Positions 45,968 through 54,920 of a stretch of DNA of 64,000 nt are shown piece by piece. The translations under genes were made by a program, and so were the position numbers. Source of the stretch: Eubacteriales bacterium (lineage in GTDB: Bacteria > Bacillota > Clostridia > Oscillospirales > CAG-272); assembly GCA_045661245.1 (NCBI GenBank), contig JAZRFH010000002.1, positions 655 through 64,654 of the forward strand, in the 5' to 3' direction. A model generated the notes under the pieces. That model was not told the DNA's origin, searched no databases, and saw only the letters and a list, made by a program, of their open reading frames with translations. How positions within the stretch are numbered: position 1 is the first letter of the stretch; each line of letters starts with the position of its first letter.

Positions 45968-47023
45968 ATGAGAAATCTCGTAAATATACTTGATTTATCA
46001 AAAGAGGAGATTGACGCTCTTATTGCAACCGCCTCGGATATGATGCACAACCCCGAGAGGTATGCCGAGAGGGCAAAGGGTAAAATTATGGGTGCGCTCT
46101 TTTTTGAGCCGTCGACCCGTACGCGCCTGTCGTTTACCTCTGCTATGATGTCGCTCGGCGGCTCGGTTCTGGGCTTTGACCAGGCTACCAGCACCTCGGT
46201 ATCAAAGGGTGAAACGCTTTCGGATACCATTCGTATGGTTTCTGCTTACTCGGATATTATAGTTATGCGCCACCCTAAAGAGGGTGCACCCGTTGTTGCC
46301 TCGGCTGTAGCCTCTGTTCCTGTTATTAACGCGGGCGACGGCGGACATTTTCACCCGACACAGACGCTTACCGACCTCTTTACGATTAAGGAAAAGCTCG
46401 GCAGGTTTGAGGGGCTGACAGTAGGTATTTGCGGTGACCTTAAATACGGCAGAACGGTACACTCGCTAATCTCGGCACTGTCAAGATACGAAGGCATAAG
46501 GTTCGTGCTTATATCCCCCGCGGAGCTGCGCATACCCGACTATATAAAAGAGGAGTTTCTTGAAGGGCGCGAGTATACCGAATGCCGTGACCTTGAGGGC
46601 GCGATACCCGAGCTCGATATTCTCTATATGACGAGAATACAACAGGAGAGATTTGATAACCGCGAGGAGTATGAAAGACTGCGCGACGTTTATATTCTGA
46701 ATAGTGAAAAGCTAAAGAATGCAAAGCCAACCCTCTCGGTGCTTCACCCACTGCCCAGAGTTAACGAAATTGACGTTGACGTTGACACCGACCCCCGTGC
46801 ACACTACTTCGACCAGGCGGCAATGGGCAGATATATACGTATGGCACTTATTCTAAAGCTGCTTGACACAAAGGGAGTTTCGGATAGGCGCGACGTAGGC
46901 TTGCCTGACGAGGGGCTTGTATGCACAAATCCGCACTGTATCACGGGCTGTGAGCGCGGAATAAAGAAGCTCTATCACGAGGGTAAATGCATTTATTGCG
47001 ACCAGACGGCAAGGAAAAAATAA
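45968..47023 (+). CDS. pyrB: Aspartate carbamoyltransferase catalytic chain with a C-terminal PyrI-type Zn-knuckle extension
   Basis: The PyrB motifs are FFEPSTRTR, HPTQ and HPLPR. A ~45-aa tail then carries VCTNPHCIT...GKCIYC (CX4C...CX2C), as in the Zn domain of the regulatory chain PyrI. Confidence 0.85.
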   Translation: MRNLVNILDLSKEEIDALIATASDMMHNPERYAERAKGKIMGALFFEPSTRTRLSFTSAMMSLGGSVLGFDQATSTSVSKGETLSDTIRMVSAYSDIIVMRHPKEGAPVVASAVASVPVINAGDGGHFHPTQTLTDLFTIKEKLGRFEGLTVGICGDLKYGRTVHSLISALSRYEGIRFVLISPAELRIPDYIKEEFLEGREYTECRDLEGAIPELDILYMTRIQQERFDNREEYERLRDVYILNSEKLKNAKPTLSVLHPLPRVNEIDVDVDTDPRAHYFDQAAMGRYIRMALILKLLDTKGVSDRRDVGLPDEGLVCTNPHCITGCERGIKKLYHEGKCIYCDQTARKK

Positions 47024-47027
47024 CATA

Positions 47028-47080
47028 AAAAAAGACGGCTGCTCGATACCGCTAGGGTAAAGAACAACCGTTTTTTGTTT
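47028..47080. terminator. Bidirectional terminator between pyrB and the convergent membrane-protein gene
   Basis: An imperfect stem pairs aaaaagacggctg with caaccgtttttt. It has an A-run on the 5' side and a T-run on the 3' side. Confidence 0.45.
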
Positions 47081-47085
47081 TTATT

Positions 47086-48723
47086 TTACTGAAGCTCGGG
47101 CAAGCCCTCGGGTAACTCGTCGGGTACTTCACCCTTTGCAAGTGCATCTGCATAAGCGCTGTAGTATGAGAGAATAGCTCTGTTTATATCCTCGTCGCTA
47201 ATCTCGCTTACGTCTGCGTAATTGTCTGCAATATAGTTCGACATGTTGTTGAGAGTTTCCTCGTCGATTTCTATATTGTTTTCCTTAAGCGTAGCATCAA
47301 GATTCTCCGAAACCGCATTCACGTATTCCTCGTGTGTTTCGTAGTCGCTTGCATTAAGGGCAAGTATCTCGTTGACACCGCTCTTAACGTTATCGTAAAC
47401 CTCAAGCACGTCCTCGGAAAGACCCATATCGCACATTACCTTTATCGATATTTCGGTAAGCGCGCCTACTATATGAGAGGTACGGGGGTTAACGTAAAGC
47501 TCGTCAACAACGTAGTCGATAACCGTCTTGCCGTCAGAGTGCTTGGTAAGCAATACGTCACGCAAAACCGTAGGGTCGTCTTCAAGCGCTGTCAGCACCT
47601 CGTAATCTCCGAGAATGAAATACACGTGTAAAACAGTACCGAGGTCGTCTGCAACGTTGTCCTTATTACTGTCGCTGAATACCTTGAAAATCGAGTCTAC
47701 AAGAGAGGCAAAGGGCTCTTCACCGATAATTACGAGCGTATCGTTTTCTATTGCCGTATTCACTCCGCGCATAACGCCTGCTACAAGAGTTGCGGCATAT
47801 TCGTCACCGTCAACGATTTCAAGTATTCTTTCAAGCGCTGCCTCAGCTTCAGGCGAGGGAGCCTTCCAGTCAAAGTCTGAGAGCACGTCAGCCTCGCAGT
47901 AGATGGCCGCAACCGTCTTTACCTCATTTGTAGCACTCTCTGCCTTTTTGCCGTTTACCGTCATACGGGTAAGATTTTTGAAGATGTAATCGCCGCCGCA
48001 GGTATTTATTGCATCAATGACGTAGTTTTCGCTGATATCGTCAATATAGTCCGCGTAAAATTTCTCCGTATCGTTTCTGCTTTCCTCCGCTACCGTTTCT
48101 GCGGTGAGCACGGGCTTGATTTCTTCTGCAACGGTAGCAAAGCCTGCAACGGGTAAAAGCACAGCCGCCGCTATAATGGCACCCTCAACCACGCCCATAA
48201 GCGCACCGAGTGAGCGGGAGAGCCAGCGTGTACGGCGCTTGGAAAGGCCGAGCACTGCGCACATAAGCCAATATACAAGCCAGCTGAGCAGCTTGAATAC
48301 GTAGAAGATTATAGCAAATGCTATCGGAATTAAGATAAGAGCTGTAACGAGAGATACAAGCTGAGCGGCTACCTCAGCGTCAAATGAGCCGAGAAGAGCG
48401 CGCATATCCTCGCTTAAGAGATTGCCGGCATCGGGATAGTATGAAGAGAGGGCGGCCGCTATATCGTCGAATATATCAATAAGCGTCATTCCCTCGGTTT
48501 TCTCGTAAACCACACCGCCGATAGCCGCCGCGGCATAATAAGAGGCTACAGCCGCAAGAGCGATTGAGATGGTTCTTATAACGCTGCGGTAAAAGCCGCG
48601 CTTAAAGCCGAACAAAATACCGCTAAGCACAGCTACGGCAAGCACGCCCCATATAGAGAGAGAAACGTACGCACCTATCGTGCCCGCTCCGGTTAAATTT
48701 TCAAAATAAGCTACAAGGTTCAT
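47086..48723 (-). CDS. CvpA-like membrane protein with a large acidic C-terminal extension
   Basis: 545 aa. The N-terminal TM bundle contains GFKRGFYRSVIRTISI (CvpA-like). About 350 further residues have no recognisable motif. Confidence 0.5.
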   Translation of the reverse strand: MNLVAYFENLTGAGTIGAYVSLSIWGVLAVAVLSGILFGFKRGFYRSVIRTISIALAAVASYYAAAAIGGVVYEKTEGMTLIDIFDDIAAALSSYYPDAGNLLSEDMRALLGSFDAEVAAQLVSLVTALILIPIAFAIIFYVFKLLSWLVYWLMCAVLGLSKRRTRWLSRSLGALMGVVEGAIIAAAVLLPVAGFATVAEEIKPVLTAETVAEESRNDTEKFYADYIDDISENYVIDAINTCGGDYIFKNLTRMTVNGKKAESATNEVKTVAAIYCEADVLSDFDWKAPSPEAEAALERILEIVDGDEYAATLVAGVMRGVNTAIENDTLVIIGEEPFASLVDSIFKVFSDSNKDNVADDLGTVLHVYFILGDYEVLTALEDDPTVLRDVLLTKHSDGKTVIDYVVDELYVNPRTSHIVGALTEISIKVMCDMGLSEDVLEVYDNVKSGVNEILALNASDYETHEEYVNAVSENLDATLKENNIEIDEETLNNMSNYIADNYADVSEISDEDINRAILSYYSAYADALAKGEVPDELPEGLPELQ

Positions 48724-49064
48724 ATTAACCCCCTTCGTTATCGAAAGTATTTATATATTCTTTATTCTACTATACCGCATTTTAGAGCTTTTGTCAATAA
48801 CTAATCGGGTATCCATTTTTTGTATTATTGTTTCCGTATGCGACCATCGCTACGCGTTTTTTTGTTTTTTGTTTTTCACTTTTTATAAGCGTTTGGGATT
48901 ATTTTTCAAAAAACTAAAAAAAAAGCTCTTTTTTACATTTAAAATGTCGCATTTATCCATTTACTTTTCGCGCGTTACTTGCTACAATAGCATTGATATG
49001 TACACTTAAAGCACGCAATTTAATTTTACTAAACATTATATTGTTCCCAAAGGAGTTTTTTGAA

Positions 49065-49955
49065 ATGGCAGATTTAAAGGCAGGCTTTTATACAGCCCTT
49101 GGTACACCCCTAGACAAAAACGGTGACGTAGTAGAGGCATCTCTTCGCCGACAGATTGACATGCAGATTGAGGCAGGTGCATCAGGCCTTCTTCTTCTCG
49201 GCTCTATGGGTATCCAGGCAGCAGTAAAGACAAGCGCATGGGCAAAGGCAACAGAGATTGCAGCTGACCAGGTAAACGGCAGAGTAGCACTCTTCGTAGG
49301 CGCTATGGACTGCTCCGGCTGGAGAGTAAAGGAAAGACTTGCTATGCTCAAGGGTCTTAACATAGACGGTGTTGTTCTTACAGCGCCTTACTATTCACCC
49401 GTTAGCCCTGCCGGTCTTTATAAGTATTTCAGCGAGGCGGCTGATGCTACAGAGCATCCTCTTTACCTCTATGACCTTCCCAGCGTAGCACAGGTGAGCC
49501 TTGGTTTTCCGCTCGTTTCACAGCTTATAGATGCGGGTAAAATCAAGGGTATCAAGTCAGGCAATATCGTTCTTGCCCGTCAGATTCACTTTGAGTATCC
49601 GGATTTTGATGTTCTTTTCAGTAACATTGACGCTTTCGACGTTGCTCTTTCATTTAGAGGTACCAACAAGGTTCTTGACGGAATGTTCGCGTGCACACCT
49701 AAGAATGCAAAGCTTTTTGTTGAGGCTTACAAGGCAGGCGATATTGAGTCTGCAGGAAAATACCTCAATAAAATTCTTTGGTTCAGAGATCAGCTGATTG
49801 GCGGTCACCCCGGCACAAATCTTTTGTATGTATTTACGGTTGCTATGAACCTTCTCGGTATGGACGGCATATATTGCCCTGACTATTTCTATACTCCCGA
49901 GGTTGATATTACTGCTAAGGTAAGAGAACAGCTTGAGTCTATAGGCGAGCTTTAA
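49065..49955 (+). CDS. DapA/N-acetylneuraminate-lyase family class I aldolase
   Basis: It has a GSMG motif, APYYSP (Tyr motif) and a candidate Schiff-base Lys in IKGIKSG. ATG 49065 follows an aaaggag RBS. Confidence 0.75.
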   Translation: MADLKAGFYTALGTPLDKNGDVVEASLRRQIDMQIEAGASGLLLLGSMGIQAAVKTSAWAKATEIAADQVNGRVALFVGAMDCSGWRVKERLAMLKGLNIDGVVLTAPYYSPVSPAGLYKYFSEAADATEHPLYLYDLPSVAQVSLGFPLVSQLIDAGKIKGIKSGNIVLARQIHFEYPDFDVLFSNIDAFDVALSFRGTNKVLDGMFACTPKNAKLFVEAYKAGDIESAGKYLNKILWFRDQLIGGHPGTNLLYVFTVAMNLLGMDGIYCPDYFYTPEVDITAKVREQLESIGEL

Positions 49956-49969
49956 TAGGAGATAATTAT

Positions 49970-51322
49970 ATGAATAAGATGTTCACCGGCTTTGGCCGTG
50001 TTTGTATTACTCCGCTACTCGGAACACCAATTGTTGGATATTTTTATGAAAGGCGTACAGAGGGTGTGCTTGACGATTTGTATACCGCTGCGGTTTCTTT
50101 TTCATTAGGGAACACAAAGGCGCTCGTTATTTCTGTTGAGATATGCGAGATGTCAACTGCACAGTGTAATGCCTTCAGACTTGAGATAGCAAAAGCCACA
50201 GGAGTTGATAAGGACGCTATATTTATCAACTGCTCGCACACTCACACGGGTGCACAGGCGGGCACGGTATGCGATTTGGGCACGGGTACGTCTTGCCCCG
50301 AGTATGAGGAGTTCTTGCTCGGTGCGATGGTTGAGGCGGCAAAGCTGGCCATTCTCGACCTTAAGCCTACCTGTATTTCATATGCAAAGGGTGAGGCCAA
50401 GGGCATATCCTTCGTGCGCCGCTTCAGAATGAAGGACGGCGGTGTACAGACCAACCCCGGCGTAGATAACCCCGATATAGACCACGCTCTTGGCGAGCCG
50501 ACAGAATCTGCACAGCTTATTCTTCTTGAGCGAGAGGGGGCTGACGATATATACATCGTTTGCTACGGCACTCACGCAGATACCGTTGGCGGTAATTACA
50601 TAAGCGGTGACTGGCCGGGCTTTGTAGTAAGAACCGTAGAGGGCGCGATACCCGACTCAAAATGCCTGTTCCTTACGGGCTCTCAGGGTAACGTTAACCA
50701 TATCAATCCAAAGCCAACAAAGGCAGACAGACGCGGTCTTGATTATAATACGTTTGACGGTGTACCCCGCGGATACGCACATGCAAAGCACATGGGCCGT
50801 GTAGTGGCGAGTGCTATACTTGCAATAGCAGGTAAAACTGTAGATATTGAGCCGTCAGAGATAAAATTCGGCATAAAAGAAATAAGCATACCCTCGCACA
50901 GAGAAAATCACAGAGAGGCCGAGGCGCGCCGTATTCTAGAGCTTTACAACAGCGGCAAGCAGGAAGAGCTGCCCTACAAGGGTATGGAGCTTACCACCGT
51001 TGTTGCAGAGGCAAACAGAATAGTAAGCCTGCTAAGCGGGCCTGACAGCTTCGAGTTTGTGCTCAGCGCAATTTCAATCGGTGATATGGTTATTCTCGGT
51101 GTGCCCGGTGAGCTGTTCGTTGAAATTGGCAGAAAATGCGAGGCACAGTCGGAGTTTCCCGCAACGCTTGTTTGCTGCTTAACTAACGGCGGCGATGCAT
51201 ATTTTCCGACCGAGGCTGCATACGACGAGGGTGGATATGAGGCAAGAAGCTCTTGCCTTGACAGAAGCGTTGAGAAAATAGTTCTTGACGGTGTGAGAGA
51301 GCTCTTTTCAGAGCTTAAATAA
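49970..51322 (+). CDS. Neutral/alkaline ceramidase-like (N-terminal domain family) hydrolase
   Basis: 450 aa. The motifs ITPLLGTPIVGY...DDLYTAAV...CSHTHTGA resemble neutral ceramidase family motifs. This call rests on weak by-eye similarity only. Confidence 0.5.
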   Translation: MNKMFTGFGRVCITPLLGTPIVGYFYERRTEGVLDDLYTAAVSFSLGNTKALVISVEICEMSTAQCNAFRLEIAKATGVDKDAIFINCSHTHTGAQAGTVCDLGTGTSCPEYEEFLLGAMVEAAKLAILDLKPTCISYAKGEAKGISFVRRFRMKDGGVQTNPGVDNPDIDHALGEPTESAQLILLEREGADDIYIVCYGTHADTVGGNYISGDWPGFVVRTVEGAIPDSKCLFLTGSQGNVNHINPKPTKADRRGLDYNTFDGVPRGYAHAKHMGRVVASAILAIAGKTVDIEPSEIKFGIKEISIPSHRENHREAEARRILELYNSGKQEELPYKGMELTTVVAEANRIVSLLSGPDSFEFVLSAISIGDMVILGVPGELFVEIGRKCEAQSEFPATLVCCLTNGGDAYFPTEAAYDEGGYEARSSCLDRSVEKIVLDGVRELFSELK

Positions 51323-51341
51323 AATCTAATGAGGAAAAACA

Positions 51342-52298
51342 ATGATTTCTTGTACGGAATTTATACCGCTTTACAGCGAGTTTTTTAAGTATCTTGAAAA
51401 AAACTGTGGCGGTGAACAGGCAGTAACGGATTATTGGATTCACCTTTCTGATACCTCTATAGGCGATAAATCAAACCCTAACTCGCTTGCGGCTAAGTGC
51501 GAGCTTTTAGGTGGATACGAGGGCTCCCGTGCATATTGGGGGCATACCCTAACCGAAGAGGCGTGCGACTTATATGAGATTTGTAACCCTAAAGAGCAGT
51601 ATACGTATTCTGTTATGAGGTACTGCCCGTCAAGAGGCATGCTTAATTCTCTTGAGCACGTTGAGCCTTATCACGATTATTGCAAGCACTGCAAGGTTAT
51701 TTACTCACGCGTTCTTGAAAAGTACGGTATAGTTTACGAGCGCGACCACTCGGAGATTAATAAAGCAAGATGTAAGTCTATACTTTACAGAAAGGGTCAC
51801 AAGCCCGATTTTGACTACACTGTTCCCACACCCGACTGTGTCGTAAACGACCTTAAGCGCGAGGGGGCAAAATATCTTCACCGCGACTTTCATCTTCTTG
51901 GCGATAACGCGCTAAGCTACTGCGCGGATAAGTTTGGCAGGGATGGCGTACGGGGATTCCTTCGTGATTACGCAAAATACTACTACGCACCCAAAATTGC
52001 TAAGTTCCAGAGTGAGGGACTGCCCGCTGTAAAGGCGTGGCTTGAAAGGCTTTACGAGGTTGAAGAGGCTTCGGAGGTTTTGCATATCACACTTACGGGT
52101 AATGAGCTATCTGTTGTTATCGACAAATCTCCCGTTATTGAGTATATGCACTCACTTGGTAAAGAGCCGAGCGAGTATTATATTGAGCAAACGCGCACCC
52201 TCTACGCCGCTATGGCAGAGGAAGCAGGTCTTGGCTTCTCGCTTGACAAGTACGACGAGAAAACAGGTGCGGCTGAATATAGGTTTTATTTAATTTAA
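51342..52298 (+). CDS. Hypothetical Cys-containing protein
   Basis: 318 aa. An RBS (gaggaaaaac) lies upstream. It carries a YCPSRG...HDYCKHC...RC cysteine pattern. The family could not be confidently recognised. Confidence 0.5.
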   Translation: MISCTEFIPLYSEFFKYLEKNCGGEQAVTDYWIHLSDTSIGDKSNPNSLAAKCELLGGYEGSRAYWGHTLTEEACDLYEICNPKEQYTYSVMRYCPSRGMLNSLEHVEPYHDYCKHCKVIYSRVLEKYGIVYERDHSEINKARCKSILYRKGHKPDFDYTVPTPDCVVNDLKREGAKYLHRDFHLLGDNALSYCADKFGRDGVRGFLRDYAKYYYAPKIAKFQSEGLPAVKAWLERLYEVEEASEVLHITLTGNELSVVIDKSPVIEYMHSLGKEPSEYYIEQTRTLYAAMAEEAGLGFSLDKYDEKTGAAEYRFYLI

Positions 52299-52342
52299 AG
52301 GTAAAAAAAGGGGGAGCGCTAGCTCCCCTAAAACACGAAACA

Positions 52343-53665
52343 ATGAAAACACATGACATAAATCACCAAATACATGTTGAGCGAGATATAAATATTCACC
52401 TTGAAAACAAAAAGGTCAGCATACATTTCTTCTGGTTTATTTGGATTCTTTACGCTGTAGTGTCAATGACTAAAAACTGCTTTAGCGCTGCTATGGCAGA
52501 TATAGTTGCCGAAGGCTTTATGCTTAAGTCGCAAACGGAGCTTATAACCTCAATGTTTTACATAGTTTATACACCTATGCAGATTGTCGGCGGTATAGCA
52601 GCAGATAAAATCAGTCCGGAAAGACTTATAAAGATAGGTCTTATCGGTGCTGCAATTTCCAACACGGTTATATTTTTCTTTAACACAAGCTATCCGATTA
52701 TGATAGCTGCTTGGATATTCAATGCGGTTGCGCAGTTTGGTATATGGCCGTCAGTATTTAAGATTGTTTCTTCTCAGTGTATACGCAGTGACAGACCTAA
52801 AATGTTTTTTCTTATCAATCTGAGCTTCAATGCAGGTCTGGTTTTAAGCTATGGAGTAGGTGCTATTCTTACCGATTGGCGTATGAATTTCTCCATCTCC
52901 GCAGTAGCGCTTTTGATTTGCGCCGTTGCACTGCATTTTTATGACAGGCATGTTGACAAATATATGCTTTGGGATAAAGTAATAGAAGCTAAGCCAATAG
53001 ATAAATGTGATAATACCGGCAAAAATATTAGCACTTTGGGCCTGTTCTGCTCAAGCGGATTTTTTCTTCTTCTCGTAGTTGTGTTCCTGCGAGATTCGTT
53101 CAGCTCAATAGTAAAGCGTATTTCCGCAACAATGCTTGACGAAACCTTCGGTGTCGGACCGTCGTTAGGCACGTTTATGAGCACACTGATTATTGTGTCG
53201 ATTCTCTTAGGTATAATCGCTGTAAGCGCTATGATATCACATAGTCTGATAAAAAATTACGTAATGGGCACACTCATAGGCCTTATTGTTTCTACCGTGC
53301 TTGCGCTATTGTTTGTTTTTGCACCGAGTGTTGCTACGAACGTTATTTTGATGTGCCTTATGGCTGGATTCTCAAACGGTATAGCTGTGTTTACGACGTT
53401 TATAAATTCTTCCTTTACAAAATACGGCAAAAACGCTACTGCGGCAGGTATCTCCAACGCCGCCAGCGCGTGCGGATTTGTAGCACCGCTTATTGCTGTG
53501 CTGATACAGGAGAATAGCGGTTGGAGTGCAGTAAAGATACTGCTCGTTGTTATCGGTGCTCTCAGTGTAATATTATCACTTATTCTTCTTCCGATTTACA
53601 ATAGATTTAAAAAGCGCGAGGCAGAAGAGGAAAGGGCAAAAGAGAAAAGCATAAGCGCCGTTTAA
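52343..53665 (+). CDS. MFS transporter
   Basis: 440 aa with about 12 hydrophobic helices in two six-helix halves. Confidence 0.8.
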   Translation: MKTHDINHQIHVERDINIHLENKKVSIHFFWFIWILYAVVSMTKNCFSAAMADIVAEGFMLKSQTELITSMFYIVYTPMQIVGGIAADKISPERLIKIGLIGAAISNTVIFFFNTSYPIMIAAWIFNAVAQFGIWPSVFKIVSSQCIRSDRPKMFFLINLSFNAGLVLSYGVGAILTDWRMNFSISAVALLICAVALHFYDRHVDKYMLWDKVIEAKPIDKCDNTGKNISTLGLFCSSGFFLLLVVVFLRDSFSSIVKRISATMLDETFGVGPSLGTFMSTLIIVSILLGIIAVSAMISHSLIKNYVMGTLIGLIVSTVLALLFVFAPSVATNVILMCLMAGFSNGIAVFTTFINSSFTKYGKNATAAGISNAASACGFVAPLIAVLIQENSGWSAVKILLVVIGALSVILSLILLPIYNRFKKREAEEERAKEKSISAV

Positions 53666-53688
53666 CGAAACTTATAAAAATAAAATAT

Positions 53689-53737
53689 AAGCTATGCGGC
53701 AAGGGATATCCCGAGATACGCATAGCTTTTTATTTTT
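53689..53737 (+). terminator. Intrinsic terminator after the MFS gene
   Basis: A 10-bp stem pairs aagctatgcg with cgcatagctt and is followed by tttttattttt. Confidence 0.75.
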
Positions 53738-53906
53738 GTGCGAATTAAACAAAAAAACAGGACGCCTAAAGCCGCCCTACAAGAATAATTCTATCATAAA
53801 AGAATTTAGCTGTCAAGTTTTTTCTCATAATTCGATATAATTAGGCTATAATTTTTACACTTTGTACATAACTTACAAAAATAGATGTAAAAATTCAGAA
53901 AATATG

Positions 53907-53935
53907 TTTACAACCACCAAGTTTTATGCTATAAT
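53907..53935 (+). promoter_or_regulatory. Sigma-A promoter of hpf
   Basis: TTTACA at 53907-53912, a 17-nt spacer, and an extended -10 TGcTATAAT at 53927-53935. Confidence 0.55.
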
Positions 53936-54027
53936 AATAGTGCGGAGAGGGTGAAGCGCCACGCTCTCGCCCCATCCGAATTCTAGCGAAAGGCGCGCCC
54001 GTGCAAACGGGCAGACGGTATGGCGGT

Positions 54028-54549
54028 ATGAAAATTTCGATTTACGGCAAGCAAATGACAGTGCGTGAGAGCCTTAAGAGTGCGGTAGAGAAAAAGCTAT
54101 CAAAGTTTGATAAATTCTTCGGCTCAGATACCGAGGCGTTCGTAACCTGTAAGGTACGTAAAGGAGTTAAGATAATCGAAATTACCGTAAATTACGGCGG
54201 AACAACCTTCCGCTGTGAAGAGGAAAGTGACACGTTCTTGAATGCACTTGATAGAGCTATAGAGGGTCTTGAAAGACAGATGCGCAAGAACAAAACCAGA
54301 ATTGAAAAGACAGTTAGACGCGGCGCGTTCGTTCTTGCAGAGGATGATGACGACGAGTATATCGAAGAGGGTGAGTTTGAGATAAGGGTGAAGACGTTCC
54401 CCTTTAAGCCTATGACTCCGGAGGAGGCAGTATTGCAAATGAACCTTCTTGGGCACAGCTTTTACGCATTCAACGATGCTGATACGGGCAAAACCGCAGT
54501 CGTATACAAACGCAAAGAGGGTAGCTACGGAATGATTGCGCCCGAATAA
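54028..54549 (+). CDS. hpf: Ribosome hibernation promoting factor (long form)
   Basis: The N-terminus MKISIYGKQMTV...LEKKLSKFDKFF matches HPF. The C-terminal dimerisation domain reads KPMTPEEAVLQMNLLGHSFYAFN. Confidence 0.9.
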   Translation: MKISIYGKQMTVRESLKSAVEKKLSKFDKFFGSDTEAFVTCKVRKGVKIIEITVNYGGTTFRCEEESDTFLNALDRAIEGLERQMRKNKTRIEKTVRRGAFVLAEDDDDEYIEEGEFEIRVKTFPFKPMTPEEAVLQMNLLGHSFYAFNDADTGKTAVVYKRKEGSYGMIAPE

Positions 54550-54920
54550 TGGGCACGGGACGGGAGTTTCCCCGAGAAAGTGAGAAAGGACCAATGCAGA
54601 ATTAAGCTTATCGGCTAATAAGAACGCAAAGCCCTCGTGAATATATATTTTTCACGTTCTTATCCACCAAAGGCTAAAAGGCGCGGGCGATACAGGCGTA
54701 TATAAGAAGTATCACAGCGGGAGCTTGTGTGCCGTGTTATATAGTTAGCGTGTACCGTGATACACCGCGGAAGAGGTAAATAAACAAAGCCCTGTAGGGC
54801 GTGACTTAAAGGTATAAGCCAATGTACTAAGGTAATTTAAATTGAACGAAACTTGTGAACAGTCAGAATTTTTACAATTGAATAATTTTGTTAAGATAGT
54901 CTTTCCAAAGATTATAAAAA

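Noticed and set aside
48791-49009. A 72-aa ORF in the divergent promoter region before the aldolase gene
   Set aside because: It is a translation of T-tracts (FFCFLFFTF...KKLKKKLFFTF) with a non-ATG start and no RBS.
It overlaps the likely promoter TTTACT-17-TACAAT.
52311-52328. A hairpin ggggagc-gcta-gctcccc between the hypothetical gene and the MFS gene, considered as an internal terminator
   Set aside because: The T-tract is on the wrong (minus) strand and the plus-strand side is followed by taaaac.
It is at most an antisense terminator or an mRNA stability element, which is not enough to split the operon.
54740-54775. A GTACCG...ACACCGCGG string resembling part of the T-box motif (GGTGGTACCGCG)
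   Set aside because: The match is incomplete.
No specifier hairpin or terminator/antiterminator pair was recognised.
No downstream plus-strand gene exists for it to regulate.
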